Below, one piece after another: positions 11,501 to 19,863 of a stretch of 64,000 nt of DNA (positions are counted from its first letter, which is position 1; every line of letters begins with the position of its first letter). Location of the stretch: the IMG/VR virus record IMGVR_UViG_3300009370_001221, positions 171,364 through 235,363 of that record. One strand, 5' to 3'. Both the position numbers and the translations under genes were made by a program. Below the pieces are notes generated by a model. That model was not told where the DNA came from. It did no database searches and worked only from the letters and a program-made list of their open reading frames with translations.

Positions 11501-11736
11501 GTGCGTGGCGCACAGCGTTTAGAGAAGCATATAAGTTATGTGCCAGTAATACTGTAGAGGACAAGTATAGATTAAAGTTATGGACTACAAAAGACAATAC
11601 AGAGTTTGGAGAGTATAGTAAGCAAGGTGCTTTATGTGGTGTAGAACATTACAGCAAAATACAAGATGATTTTAATATTACTGACTGGAAGTGGTTAAGG
11701 AAGCAATTTGATCTATGGTATTCGCGACCTGTATAG
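8515..11736 (+). CDS. large repeat protein (9 FDFSW-type repeats) with a C-terminal GT-A glycosyltransferase-like domain
   Basis: repeats D...FDFSWHPD....Y.YVF.SQWQ; C-terminal DIVFISYDE.NA..NY..L....P.AKRV.GV.G. Confidence 0.7.
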   Translation: MYDKIYRKDYDIQQASERCKTRHYWYIDNGVDCSDFDFNWTPVPWESRFTHVFPSKWQRDGGIRLVNKDYPNGDVKFNKEKQVSRVPIKDKWVLDPDTDYIHFDFSWHPDTFTGVYTYVFPSQWQRDGGTRYVIEPDAPIKYVSDQVTVRIPNKDNWRLNKYTDYTNFDFSWHPDLSQGVYNYIFPSQWQRDGGTQYMVDRLAFPKYVSDQITKRISDLRYWTIPDDVDTDAFDFSWHPDPAHGSWTYVFPSLWQRNSSVTYRIMPDAPKKYVSDQVIRPLPNKKDWIIPDNIDEDSFDFSWMPDPDDPPYIYVFGTQWQKDGGPIYKVEGATEISYCTEQYAKAVPGRMRHWHITPTGTDYSSFDFSWHPEEAQKDYKHIFGTQWQRTSPIYYYSGSDPNPKVNYVSDQRVTMKSNALPRYTIETTLEDLIESHPEERFWALNAEMDYDKFDFSWHPDLSQMDYVHVFGSQWQKHSQTYYVNAPAYLKGNTHLNFVGDQKVVANSTLDIFYMDRGGEGSKERFNSLALRHSQTLKTRYFGNTRDTLLRCAKKCKTKRFWAVSSENSYGDFNFDWHCEPWQNGMLHVFGSKWNKWSNTFLVNADDFIRTFDWADKIEDVYNLNFVEDQLVTTLDDLNNIIFLDFGNSNAEEAYETVYSKHPRVKRIRFFDNYLDTFKRIMAKADTDYFWVTSSICDYSQFDFSWQPEPWQDTMLHTFQSGEQKFGDTFYVNKAHAEEQLKDIKLLDWYDKVNYCNEQIVTRTEWPEVIYDTDLVTAIKEHTFESPYVAFKHRSMAEYKTNYDPSVWRSEDRSLHVLSQSGSVSVVPKDCKEQISRQVYDYPYILRHEGIYMPDKPQDIVFISYDEKNAQENYEVLLKSFPYAKRVDGVEGMLNAMQEAARICETPYFYAVFAKTVLHENFKFNYQPDWLSNPKNYVFYAYNPVLDYSYGHGSIVMYDAEWLKDVTEAELDIDFTTTHEIEVIPEVSCINVFDSEYSAWRTAFREAYKLCASNTVEDKYRLKLWTTKDNTEFGEYSKQGALCGVEHYSKIQDDFNITDWKWLRKQFDLWYSRPV

Positions 11737-12589
11737 CATTAGTAACATCTGATTTTGGTGTTTCGCGTGTTTCCACGCAATCTATAAAGTGTCCTAATTC
11801 GTTTTCTAAAGGCGTTCTTCCTGTATAAGGAATAACTTCAGTTTGTATATCTTTATTCAACCTATTGTTTTCTAACTTACTATGATTAGTAATAGTTAAA
11901 GTTTCCTCGTCAGTATCCCATATAGCACAGCCTTTGGTGCCTATTACTGTAACTATTCGTTTACGCATAGGACTATACCAACCAACATCTACTTCTACAG
12001 AAACACCGTAACAATGCCCAGTAAAATGTATTCTGTCATAAGTTGTAGCATAGTTATTACTTAAATTATAAACGTTAACGTCCTTTACAACTATGGAATT
12101 ATCCATAAGGTACTGTATAATACTAATGTCATGTGGTGCTAAACTTAATAATGGTGTTGTTTTAGTTTGATATATGCCCCAATTAAGACGCTCTGTTTTA
12201 ATATGTCTTATCTCACCTAATACGCCGTCTGTTATTAGTTGTTTTAGTGTTATACAATGGGGATGATATAAAAATATATGTCCTACCATTAAAACTTGAT
12301 CATCTTGTAATATGTCGCGTAACTCTTTACATTGCTCTAATGTTTCTGCTAACGGTTTTTCAACGTAAACATCATGGCCGTTTAGTATTAGTTTTCTTGC
12401 TGATGTATAATGATCCCATAATGGTGTAGCAAGTATAACAGGGTCTAACGTGTCTATTTCATCAATAGTTTGTCCGTTTTTAATGTCTATAATTTGTGGT
12501 ACTATGCCCTGCCTTTCAATAGCATGGGCCACCTTTGTACCCCAGTAGCCTGCGCCAACTAACCAAATTTTATTAATATCAAAAGCCAT
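11678..12589 (-). CDS. Gfo/Idh/MocA oxidoreductase (sugar dehydrogenase)
   Basis: LVGAGYWG, ATP..DH, VYVEKP, MVGH, HD. Confidence 0.88.
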   Translation of the reverse strand: MAFDINKIWLVGAGYWGTKVAHAIERQGIVPQIIDIKNGQTIDEIDTLDPVILATPLWDHYTSARKLILNGHDVYVEKPLAETLEQCKELRDILQDDQVLMVGHIFLYHPHCITLKQLITDGVLGEIRHIKTERLNWGIYQTKTTPLLSLAPHDISIIQYLMDNSIVVKDVNVYNLSNNYATTYDRIHFTGHCYGVSVEVDVGWYSPMRKRIVTVIGTKGCAIWDTDEETLTITNHSKLENNRLNKDIQTEVIPYTGRTPLENELGHFIDCVETRETPKSDVTNAIQVANTIDQIASLTTSSQ

Positions 12590-13712
12590 TTGCTGTTTCT
12601 ATAATATAATCTTGTTGTTCGTCTGTTAAACTATGATAGCAAGGTAGACTTACTATGCTATGAGCAACTCTTTCTGCATTTGGACAATTACCCGGATAAT
12701 TTTCATAAGCAGGTTGTTTTGTCATTGGAACACGATAATGTACATTACATTGTATGCCGTTATTGTTCATATAGCTTATAAAATCATCCCTGTATTGCTC
12801 AAGTAATGTACCAAAGTATCCAGGAATTTCCCGCATCATTATAACGTAAACATACCAGGTATGTGTATTATCAGGAAGTGCTTGTGGTGTTACAAACTTA
12901 TCTTGATCAAGCATTTCATTATATTTTGTGCATATTTCACGTTTACGTTCAAGCCAATTGGCCAAATAAGGTAATTTTGCCTCTACAATTTTTGCTTGTA
13001 TGTTATCTATTCTAGCATTATAACCCATTGTGTGATATAACCACTTATCATTCCTGCCATGATCTCTATACATTCGTGCCTTGTCAATTAGTCCTTTCTT
13101 GCCAGTAATAGCACCAGCGTCACCCATCGCACCTAAATTTTTAACAGGATTAAAACTAAAACAAGTTAAGTCTACTAAATTACCAACACGTTGTCCTTTA
13201 TATTTTGCACCAAAACTTTGTGCGGCATCTTCAATTAACCGCAAGCCATGATAATCGTCACTAGAATGGTTATCTACTATCTCTTTTAGTTTATCAATAT
13301 CTGGTGTTTGCCCATAAGTGTCTACAAACAATATTGCTCGAGTCTTAGTGTTTATTGCTTCTTCTACTTTGTTTACATCAATTAAATAATTATGGTCTAT
13401 ATCCACAAATACAGGAGTAGCACCTACTTGTAAAATTGCTTCAGCCGTGCTTACAAAAGTATGTGGTGTAGTAATTATTTCTTGTCCGGTCCAGTCCAAT
13501 TGAAGTGATAACAATGCACACAATAAAGCAGTTGATCCACTACCTGTTGAAGCACATGCTTCAGCACCTGTGTATTCTGCCATAACGTTTTCAAAATTAT
13601 CTGTTACTGGACCAGTAATAAAATGACTGCCGTCTATACAATATTGTATAGCGGCGTCTATATCTTCTTTTGCTTCAATATATTGACTTTTAAGATCTGT
13701 AAAAGGAATCAT
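12579..13712 (-). CDS. DegT/DnrJ/EryC1/StrS PLP-dependent sugar aminotransferase
   Basis: IEDAAQSFGA, SFNPVKNLGAMGDAG, GYNARID, LSLP-like C-terminus. Confidence 0.92.
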   Translation of the reverse strand: MIPFTDLKSQYIEAKEDIDAAIQYCIDGSHFITGPVTDNFENVMAEYTGAEACASTGSGSTALLCALLSLQLDWTGQEIITTPHTFVSTAEAILQVGATPVFVDIDHNYLIDVNKVEEAINTKTRAILFVDTYGQTPDIDKLKEIVDNHSSDDYHGLRLIEDAAQSFGAKYKGQRVGNLVDLTCFSFNPVKNLGAMGDAGAITGKKGLIDKARMYRDHGRNDKWLYHTMGYNARIDNIQAKIVEAKLPYLANWLERKREICTKYNEMLDQDKFVTPQALPDNTHTWYVYVIMMREIPGYFGTLLEQYRDDFISYMNNNGIQCNVHYRVPMTKQPAYENYPGNCPNAERVAHSIVSLPCYHSLTDEQQDYIIETANGF

Positions 13713-14685
13713 CTTTATCTCTTAACCATTCCCAAGTATCAACAAACCCTTCTTCAATGTCTATTATGGGATCATATCCGAGTAAGTTTCTTGCTTTAGT
13801 ATTACTACATGTGCCACGTTTACCAAACGCTTCGTTATGCTCTGCTATTTTTATTTGACTATTGCTGTTAGTTACTTCAATTGCTACTGTTGCCGCTTCA
13901 ACTAGAGTGCGGCTTCTTTCTCTTGTAATGTTGAATGTTTCATCAGCGGCCCTATCGTTTAATACACATTGCACCATACCTTTTATAAAGTCATCCATGT
14001 GTGTAAAGTCTATACTTGAGTCTCCATTAACATATATAGTTTCATTGTTTGCGGCCTGCAATAAAAATTTCGGAACAACTCTGTCTATTATATCACGTGG
14101 TCCATATACAGCACTCGGACGTACAATAGTATATTCTACATTGTGTTCGTTACAGTATCGTTTAACAATGCCTTCACTCGCTAGTTTTAATATACCATAA
14201 TCGCTTTTGGGTTGCATTTGATTCCAATCTTCTCTCATGCCATAAAAATGTCCGCCTGATGGCCAATCACCATATACCATACTGCTACTAACGTGGATAA
14301 ATCGTTTAATGATACCTTGACTACCATATAATAAATTGTATACGCCTTTAACAAGGGAGTCGCAAGCCATTACGGGGTCATATTGTACTAATTTTACGCG
14401 AGAGAATGCCGCTAGGTTAACTATAATGTCTGGTTCGTATTTCTCTATTACCCTAGCAATACCTTTAGTGTTTTTAATATTTTCGTGTACAGGTGCCCGT
14501 AGTTTAGTTTGACTCATAAACTTTTGGCGATTAGAGGTCGTTATCCAAAACTCTCTAGGAGGGATTACGCCGTAATCAGTCTGTATATCTACAATAAGGA
14601 TAGAGTGGCCAAGTGTTTCTAGTGCAACGGATAAATTATGCCCTATAAACCCTGCGCCACCAGCAATTAGTATTTTCATAGCCAA
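13690..14685 (-). CDS. NAD-dependent nucleotide-sugar epimerase/dehydratase
   Basis: GGAGFIG, SSSMVYG, YGILK (YxxxK), RP..VYGP. Confidence 0.9.
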   Translation of the reverse strand: MAMKILIAGGAGFIGHNLSVALETLGHSILIVDIQTDYGVIPPREFWITTSNRQKFMSQTKLRAPVHENIKNTKGIARVIEKYEPDIIVNLAAFSRVKLVQYDPVMACDSLVKGVYNLLYGSQGIIKRFIHVSSSMVYGDWPSGGHFYGMREDWNQMQPKSDYGILKLASEGIVKRYCNEHNVEYTIVRPSAVYGPRDIIDRVVPKFLLQAANNETIYVNGDSSIDFTHMDDFIKGMVQCVLNDRAADETFNITRERSRTLVEAATVAIEVTNSNSQIKIAEHNEAFGKRGTCSNTKARNLLGYDPIIDIEEGFVDTWEWLRDKDDSFYRS

Positions 14686-15578
14686 GTTGATTTAAATTCA
14701 TTAAGGTCCCTTTTACTTATACCATATTTTTTAGCAACGCCGTCTTCGCCTCTAAAATCCTCTAATATGTTAAGCCACTTTTCTTTATCAATTAGTCTTT
14801 TAAGTATATCAACTTCCATTCTGCTTAAAGTGTGTGCGTTTTCTATAAAATCTTCATATGCTTCAGAGGCAATTGGAAACTTTTCTTTGACTAAACTATA
14901 CATTGTGCGAGCAAGTTCTTGTATTTCCCACTGAGCGTGTTCATCCGCTCGTAGTTTGGTGTAATGGAAAAAGTTGTTTAAGTCTATTTTCCAATATAGT
15001 TCTGTGTAGTTGTTAAGTGGCAACACGATACGAGACAGTTCCCTAGACAAGCCTTGGCGATCTACAAAGTTATAATTGTCGTTCGGGTGCTCTCCTAAAA
15101 GACTTAAATAATCGTCGTAGTTTGATGCACCAATACGTTTAATAGTATTAAAGCACATCTGCTCTTCCATAGGAGGTAGTTTACCTCCGCGGCCTTGCTT
15201 GTTACTTGTACTCTGTGGCTTTAGATTGTCTCTATTTGGGATATAGAATTCGTCTGACATAACACTATATCTTCCAGAGTACTCGTTTAAGTTTGCTGTC
15301 CTATGTCGTACGTGTTGCCTCATAACGAAGATAGGCATCTTTAAGTGGAACTTAACTTCGCACATTTCTACGGGAGATGTATGTTTGTGCTTAACTAGAT
15401 ATCTTATTAATGCTCTATCGTTTCTAGTTCCTTTGGTACCCTTACCATAAGAAACACGGGCCGCTTGGACTATCGACTCATCAGTTCCCATAGTGTCTAT
15501 GAGTCCTACGAAGCCGTGGTCCAAATACTTTACATAGTTTGTACTGCTTTCAAAATCAATGTCATTAACTTGTGTCAT
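14676..15578 (-). CDS. thyX: FAD-dependent thymidylate synthase
   Basis: AARVSY, H.SP.E, RHR...LNEYSGRY, AQWEI. Confidence 0.95.
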   Translation of the reverse strand: MTQVNDIDFESSTNYVKYLDHGFVGLIDTMGTDESIVQAARVSYGKGTKGTRNDRALIRYLVKHKHTSPVEMCEVKFHLKMPIFVMRQHVRHRTANLNEYSGRYSVMSDEFYIPNRDNLKPQSTSNKQGRGGKLPPMEEQMCFNTIKRIGASNYDDYLSLLGEHPNDNYNFVDRQGLSRELSRIVLPLNNYTELYWKIDLNNFFHYTKLRADEHAQWEIQELARTMYSLVKEKFPIASEAYEDFIENAHTLSRMEVDILKRLIDKEKWLNILEDFRGEDGVAKKYGISKRDLNEFKSTWL

Positions 15579-15898
15579 AAATTTTTCAATGTTTCGTCTG
15601 TGGTTGATTGAATATCCGTTGATATTTTTCCGATGTTTAAAATATAATCAACGGAGACTATTTCATCTTCAAATTCTTCCATTCGTTCTTCTAAAGCAAT
15701 TTCTAAATCTTCTGGTGGAATGCCTTGTTGTAATAATTCTACTACACTAACAATAATTTCTTGTTTACCTATAGTATGTACTACTAAATGGTCAATATAT
15801 TCCACAGGTATGTTGGTTATATCAACCCCCTCTATTATTGTCTCCCACCTATTTAAAAATGCTCTAGTTAAACAAATACTATCATTAGGCTGTGGCAC
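15575..15898 (-). CDS. hypothetical protein
   Basis: ORF in tight operon. Confidence 0.65.
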   Translation of the reverse strand: MPQPNDSICLTRAFLNRWETIIEGVDITNIPVEYIDHLVVHTIGKQEIIVSVVELLQQGIPPEDLEIALEERMEEFEDEIVSVDYILNIGKISTDIQSTTDETLKNL

Positions 15899-16454
15899 GA
15901 GCCTTAGTCTTCTTTTTAGTTGTTGCTTTCTTTTTGACTGTTTTTGGCATCAACTCATCTGCCTCTTCTCTTAACCTCGCCGCTTCTGATTCCATCATTG
16001 CAGCTTGATTATTAAGACTTTCAGCAATTTGTGCATCACTCATTACACTTCCATCTTCTGTTTGACTTTGCTGTGCAACTACGGCGGGACTGCCAGTATC
16101 ACTACTTACTTCATTTGCTCTAATTGCATCATTTACTTGATTTAATGGAACTGCATTCTGTGAATCAGGCGTTAGTGCTACATCGTTTGTTGGAAGTTTC
16201 ATTATTTTGCGAGTAGAATGTAATGTTTCCAAAATAGGACGTCCTTCTTTATTCATATGGTGATGTAGCACATCAGCCAATTGATTGGATTGTTGCCCTT
16301 CAAGGCCCTCTAATACTGCCATTAAAGAGTCGTGTTCTGTCTCTGGTAACGATCTTGTCTTTACCACTAAACAATTATCTGGCTCGCCGGGAACTTCCCT
16401 GAAAAGTACTACTACTTTGTCGCTTGTTGATATTTGCTTGCCAACGTGTTTCAT
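15885..16454 (-). CDS. hypothetical protein with basic C-terminal tail
   Basis: ORF in operon; KKKATTKKK tail. Confidence 0.7.
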   Translation of the reverse strand: MKHVGKQISTSDKVVVLFREVPGEPDNCLVVKTRSLPETEHDSLMAVLEGLEGQQSNQLADVLHHHMNKEGRPILETLHSTRKIMKLPTNDVALTPDSQNAVPLNQVNDAIRANEVSSDTGSPAVVAQQSQTEDGSVMSDAQIAESLNNQAAMMESEAARLREEADELMPKTVKKKATTKKKTKARATA

Positions 16455-16463
16455 ATATTTCTC

Positions 16464-16778
16464 CTATTCCTCATCTGCAGGTGGTTCAATCTCTGCTGTT
16501 GGTGTATCATCATCTTCAGCTGGTGTATCTGGTGCTGGAACATGATGTTGTAAAAATGCTATTAATCTATCATAAGTCATACCAACTGCCGATAGTTCAG
16601 CGGCATTGAAAGCACCCCTACGGGAACTTACTTCAATAATTTGTTTTACTGCGGCTAAATCTGCTAAATTGAATGCAGGTACTTCATTATGATTGTGTTC
16701 TTGATCACCACCCTCATGTGAATGTGTTGTGCCGTCGTCGTGTGTATGCTCTAATGGGTCTACTGTTTCGTCAGACAT
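16464..16778 (-). CDS. hypothetical protein with His-rich N-terminus
   Basis: AGGAG SD; HTHDDGTTHSH..EHNH. Confidence 0.7.
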   Translation of the reverse strand: MSDETVDPLEHTHDDGTTHSHEGGDQEHNHNEVPAFNLADLAAVKQIIEVSSRRGAFNAAELSAVGMTYDRLIAFLQHHVPAPDTPAEDDDTPTAEIEPPADEE

Positions 16779-16802
16779 TTTGTTCTCCTGATAAGTACTG
16801 TT

Positions 16803-17309
16803 ATGAAAATACTAATATCCTTAATATTGTCACTAATATTTATTATCCCTGTCTCCGCACAGGAAAAAAGTGATGTGGGTCCTAACTACTCTGAAGAGCA
16901 AATTCAAGAGCTTTTAAACACAGTTCAAGAAGGTGTTGAGTGTCAAATGGCAAATAACTCCCTTAAGGCAGATTTAACATACTATAAAATTATTAATAGT
17001 GTATTAAAAGCGCCTGAACCAGAAGTATTGGCTAAAATAGAAGAAAAAATAGAGAAAAATAGAGTTTTATTTGAAGCATTTGTTACAGGATTAACTCAAG
17101 CATTAATTAATGTAGAAAGATTTACTGAGGAAGAAATCCAACAAATGTTTGTTGAATGGGTTAATTTTTCTAATACTAAAATAGAAACTCGTAAGTCAAT
17201 TGGTTATAGAGATGGTTTATTAGAGCAACATCTTATAGAAACTTTTGAATATATTAATATGTGTAGAAGGTGGGAAAAAAGTTTAATGGGTGAGATGGCA
17301 CCTAACTAA
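16803..17309 (+). CDS. secreted hypothetical protein
   Basis: signal peptide MKILISLILSLIFIIPVSA. Confidence 0.65.
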   Translation: MKILISLILSLIFIIPVSAQEKSDVGPNYSEEQIQELLNTVQEGVECQMANNSLKADLTYYKIINSVLKAPEPEVLAKIEEKIEKNRVLFEAFVTGLTQALINVERFTEEEIQQMFVEWVNFSNTKIETRKSIGYRDGLLEQHLIETFEYINMCRRWEKSLMGEMAPN

Positions 17310-17685
17310 GATACTCACAGGATAAAGCAAAATAACTCGCTTCATTAGGGATTTCAAATCCAATCTGCCACTCTATGTACCAAATCAGATCAAATAGTTC
17401 ATCCTGTGTTAAACGTCCAGCACGTTGTTTAGATGGAGGTCTAATATATACTTGTTCATCCGTTGTTACTATTTGTTTTTGTATGCCGTAGCGTCCTTCC
17501 AAATTTAAATATATCCATTGATTTATTCGTTCAATATTCTTTTCTCTAGCACTGGCTTTGAATCGCGCCGCAGATTTTGTACTTTTGTTAATAATAATTT
17601 TAGTAAAATAAGGTGGGATCGTAGGAACTACGCGCTCGTCTGTAACGTTTAATGGATTTATAGTTTTAGTTTTATATAGACTCAT
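17302..17685 (-). CDS. hypothetical protein
   Basis: ORF in operon. Confidence 0.6.
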   Translation of the reverse strand: MSLYKTKTINPLNVTDERVVPTIPPYFTKIIINKSTKSAARFKASAREKNIERINQWIYLNLEGRYGIQKQIVTTDEQVYIRPPSKQRAGRLTQDELFDLIWYIEWQIGFEIPNEASYFALSCEYLS

Positions 17686-17921
17686 CCGAATATTAACCCT
17701 ACTATGTATATAGTAAGAACGCCAAAATTTAATAGGAAAAGACTAGGTTCTCGCCATAAAAGACTAACAATAGTCCACAGAGCGTTTGCTAATAGAAATA
17801 CATAAATGTATAATGGATGTATATTAAACGCCGCCAGTAAAGAACCTATTACTAATACTGATGACGCGGTCCACGCTAAGACTTGGTAAGGTTTTCTAGT
17901 GTTCGCCATGTATGTTCCCAA
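17682..17921 (-). CDS. small membrane protein
   Basis: three hydrophobic segments. Confidence 0.65.
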   Translation of the reverse strand: MGTYMANTRKPYQVLAWTASSVLVIGSLLAAFNIHPLYIYVFLLANALWTIVSLLWREPSLFLLNFGVLTIYIVGLIFG

Positions 17922-18601
17922 TCCTCTATGTGGTATACATAATCTCTATTAAACGGATCGGGCATACGCCGCCTCCACAATGCTTCTGCTAATGTATAGT
18001 CATTGCCTCCTTCTTCCATTCTGTCACCAAAGAATGTGATAGGAGTATTGTCAAAATCACGTAGTATTTGTGACTTATCCATACCAAGTTGTGCTATGTC
18101 TAAACCAGTCTCACCACCAACTGTTGCATATACTTCTTCAAACTGTTTATTAAACTGGTCCGCAATGCGATATCTTTCACGGGTTCGTTTATCATATTTG
18201 ACATACTCTCTGCGTTCTTCACTGTTCGCATTGCGTCCTACTATGCTAAAGTTAAGCATACCTGTGCGGTATTCAAAATGATTGCCAGTGCGTAACGGAA
18301 AATTACTAACTGCTAGGTGTGCCGACAACCATTTCTCTTGCTCATCAGTTATCCTAAACTCATTATGCCATACTTCTACACCATTTTCCCATACACTACT
18401 ACCTGAGCAGTTATAGCATCGCTTAATAGCATTGATTATATCCTCTCCTACTTGTTCTAGTGTTTTAGGATAGTCACTACCAGTAACTAAATGTACTTCG
18501 TGGCTTAAACAAAAGTCTATAAACCACTTTTCAAACGTGGGGTCAATTTTACTCCTGCTAGGAGTTAATGTTCCATCTACATCAAAAATAAATGCTCTCA
18601 T
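17876..18601 (-). CDS. HAD-IIB hydrolase, phosphomannomutase-like
   Basis: FDVDGTLTP, LVTGSD, N.S..GR, FFGDR...GGNDY. Confidence 0.85.
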   Translation of the reverse strand: MRAFIFDVDGTLTPSRSKIDPTFEKWFIDFCLSHEVHLVTGSDYPKTLEQVGEDIINAIKRCYNCSGSSVWENGVEVWHNEFRITDEQEKWLSAHLAVSNFPLRTGNHFEYRTGMLNFSIVGRNANSEERREYVKYDKRTRERYRIADQFNKQFEEVYATVGGETGLDIAQLGMDKSQILRDFDNTPITFFGDRMEEGGNDYTLAEALWRRRMPDPFNRDYVYHIEDWEHTWRTLENLTKS

Positions 18602-19863
18602 GTGAATAACCTATCAAATTGTGTTTGTGTATTTTCATTTGAAGAACTATAAACCCATATAGGCTCTACAAAACAGTCCTGCATATGCTCTTTGTCTCCG
18701 CCTTCCTCATTTTTCGGACGTTGTTTCATCCGCATACCAATTACTTCTTGTAATGGCATATCAAGTGTTTCCATATATTTCGTCATGGGATCACATACTC
18801 TATGCCGTTTGTTTTTAATATTTGCGTCTATAATATTTACCGCTATTACTCCAGTATTAGGATTTATTACTTTATTAATACGATCCAATGTCTCAAACAA
18901 ATAGTCGCTTAACCAATCATAAAAGTCATCATACTTAACCCAACTCTGATTTTCCTCTGCAATACCCTCGGCATATCGCTCCGTGCAAAAATATGGAGGA
19001 CTAGTAAATGCTAAATCATAATTTAATTGTGGCCAATTCATCGTTTCACTGGCTCTGAGATATATTAGTACCTCTTTACTGCCTGAAAAGTGGAAGTAGT
19101 CATCACCTATTTGGTTTGACCAAGTATTGCCTAATGCTTCTTCATAAAATATACATTGAGACATATAATTTTGGAATGTTTGCGGATTTGGATCACATCC
19201 AACATAAGTGTGAGCATTGCTTGCCCAAAACCCAGCAAGCCTATCTCCCCAACCGCAACTGCTGTCTAATATTGTTTTAGCATTAAACCTGTTGTAAACA
19301 TACTTTGCTACACTAGGTTTAAATTGTGTAGCAACATACGCACCGAGTCTAAATGCCTCTCGCCACTTTGTTTCATCAACATACTTGACCATACCTTCAC
19401 GCCAAAATGTCCAATTAAATTTGCGTAGTTTTTCCTCGTCGTTCCATACTGCTATTGGACTGGGGTCTTTCCATCCATTACATTGCAGTCTGTTTTCCTG
19501 ATGGAAATAGTTACTGATATCGTTATAGTAATGACCTAAATCAACTACATCCTTACAGTATTGTTGTACCGAGTAGTCATAATCGTTAAACTTATCCGTA
19601 ATATCTGTAGTGTATCCATATAGGAATTTATTGTGGTCACTGCTTCTTAATTTCAGAAATTTATCCGTAACTGTTTGTTCTGTTATTTGTTGTAATGGAA
19701 ATGGTACTTCTTTCTCCACAATATATTTGGCAAGAGCGTCTATCGCTTCGCTCTTCTCAAATTTACTCTTAAAGTCTTTCCACTCGTCCGCAGAAAAAAC
19801 GGGCAACCCACTAGGGGTCGCCCGCTCCTCCAATACCGATCTTGCGCCGGTTTCTTTTACCAT
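18598..19863 (-). CDS. amino-DNA methyltransferase (N4C/N6A type, orphan)
   Basis: LDSSCGWGDRL (SAM-binding motif) and TSPPYF (catalytic motif). Confidence 0.75.
   Translation of the reverse strand: MVKETGARSVLEERATPSGLPVFSADEWKDFKSKFEKSEAIDALAKYIVEKEVPFPLQQITEQTVTDKFLKLRSSDHNKFLYGYTTDITDKFNDYDYSVQQYCKDVVDLGHYYNDISNYFHQENRLQCNGWKDPSPIAVWNDEEKLRKFNWTFWREGMVKYVDETKWREAFRLGAYVATQFKPSVAKYVYNRFNAKTILDSSCGWGDRLAGFWASNAHTYVGCDPNPQTFQNYMSQCIFYEEALGNTWSNQIGDDYFHFSGSKEVLIYLRASETMNWPQLNYDLAFTSPPYFCTERYAEGIAEENQSWVKYDDFYDWLSDYLFETLDRINKVINPNTGVIAVNIIDANIKNKRHRVCDPMTKYMETLDMPLQEVIGMRMKQRPKNEEGGDKEHMQDCFVEPIWVYSSSNENTQTQFDRLFT

Noticed and set aside
8515-11736. CRISPR-like or DGR-type array in the repeat region
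   Set aside because: Repeats are in-frame, degenerate protein repeats. No constant-repeat/unique-spacer pattern, no adenine-specific TR/VR pair and no reverse transcriptase seen.
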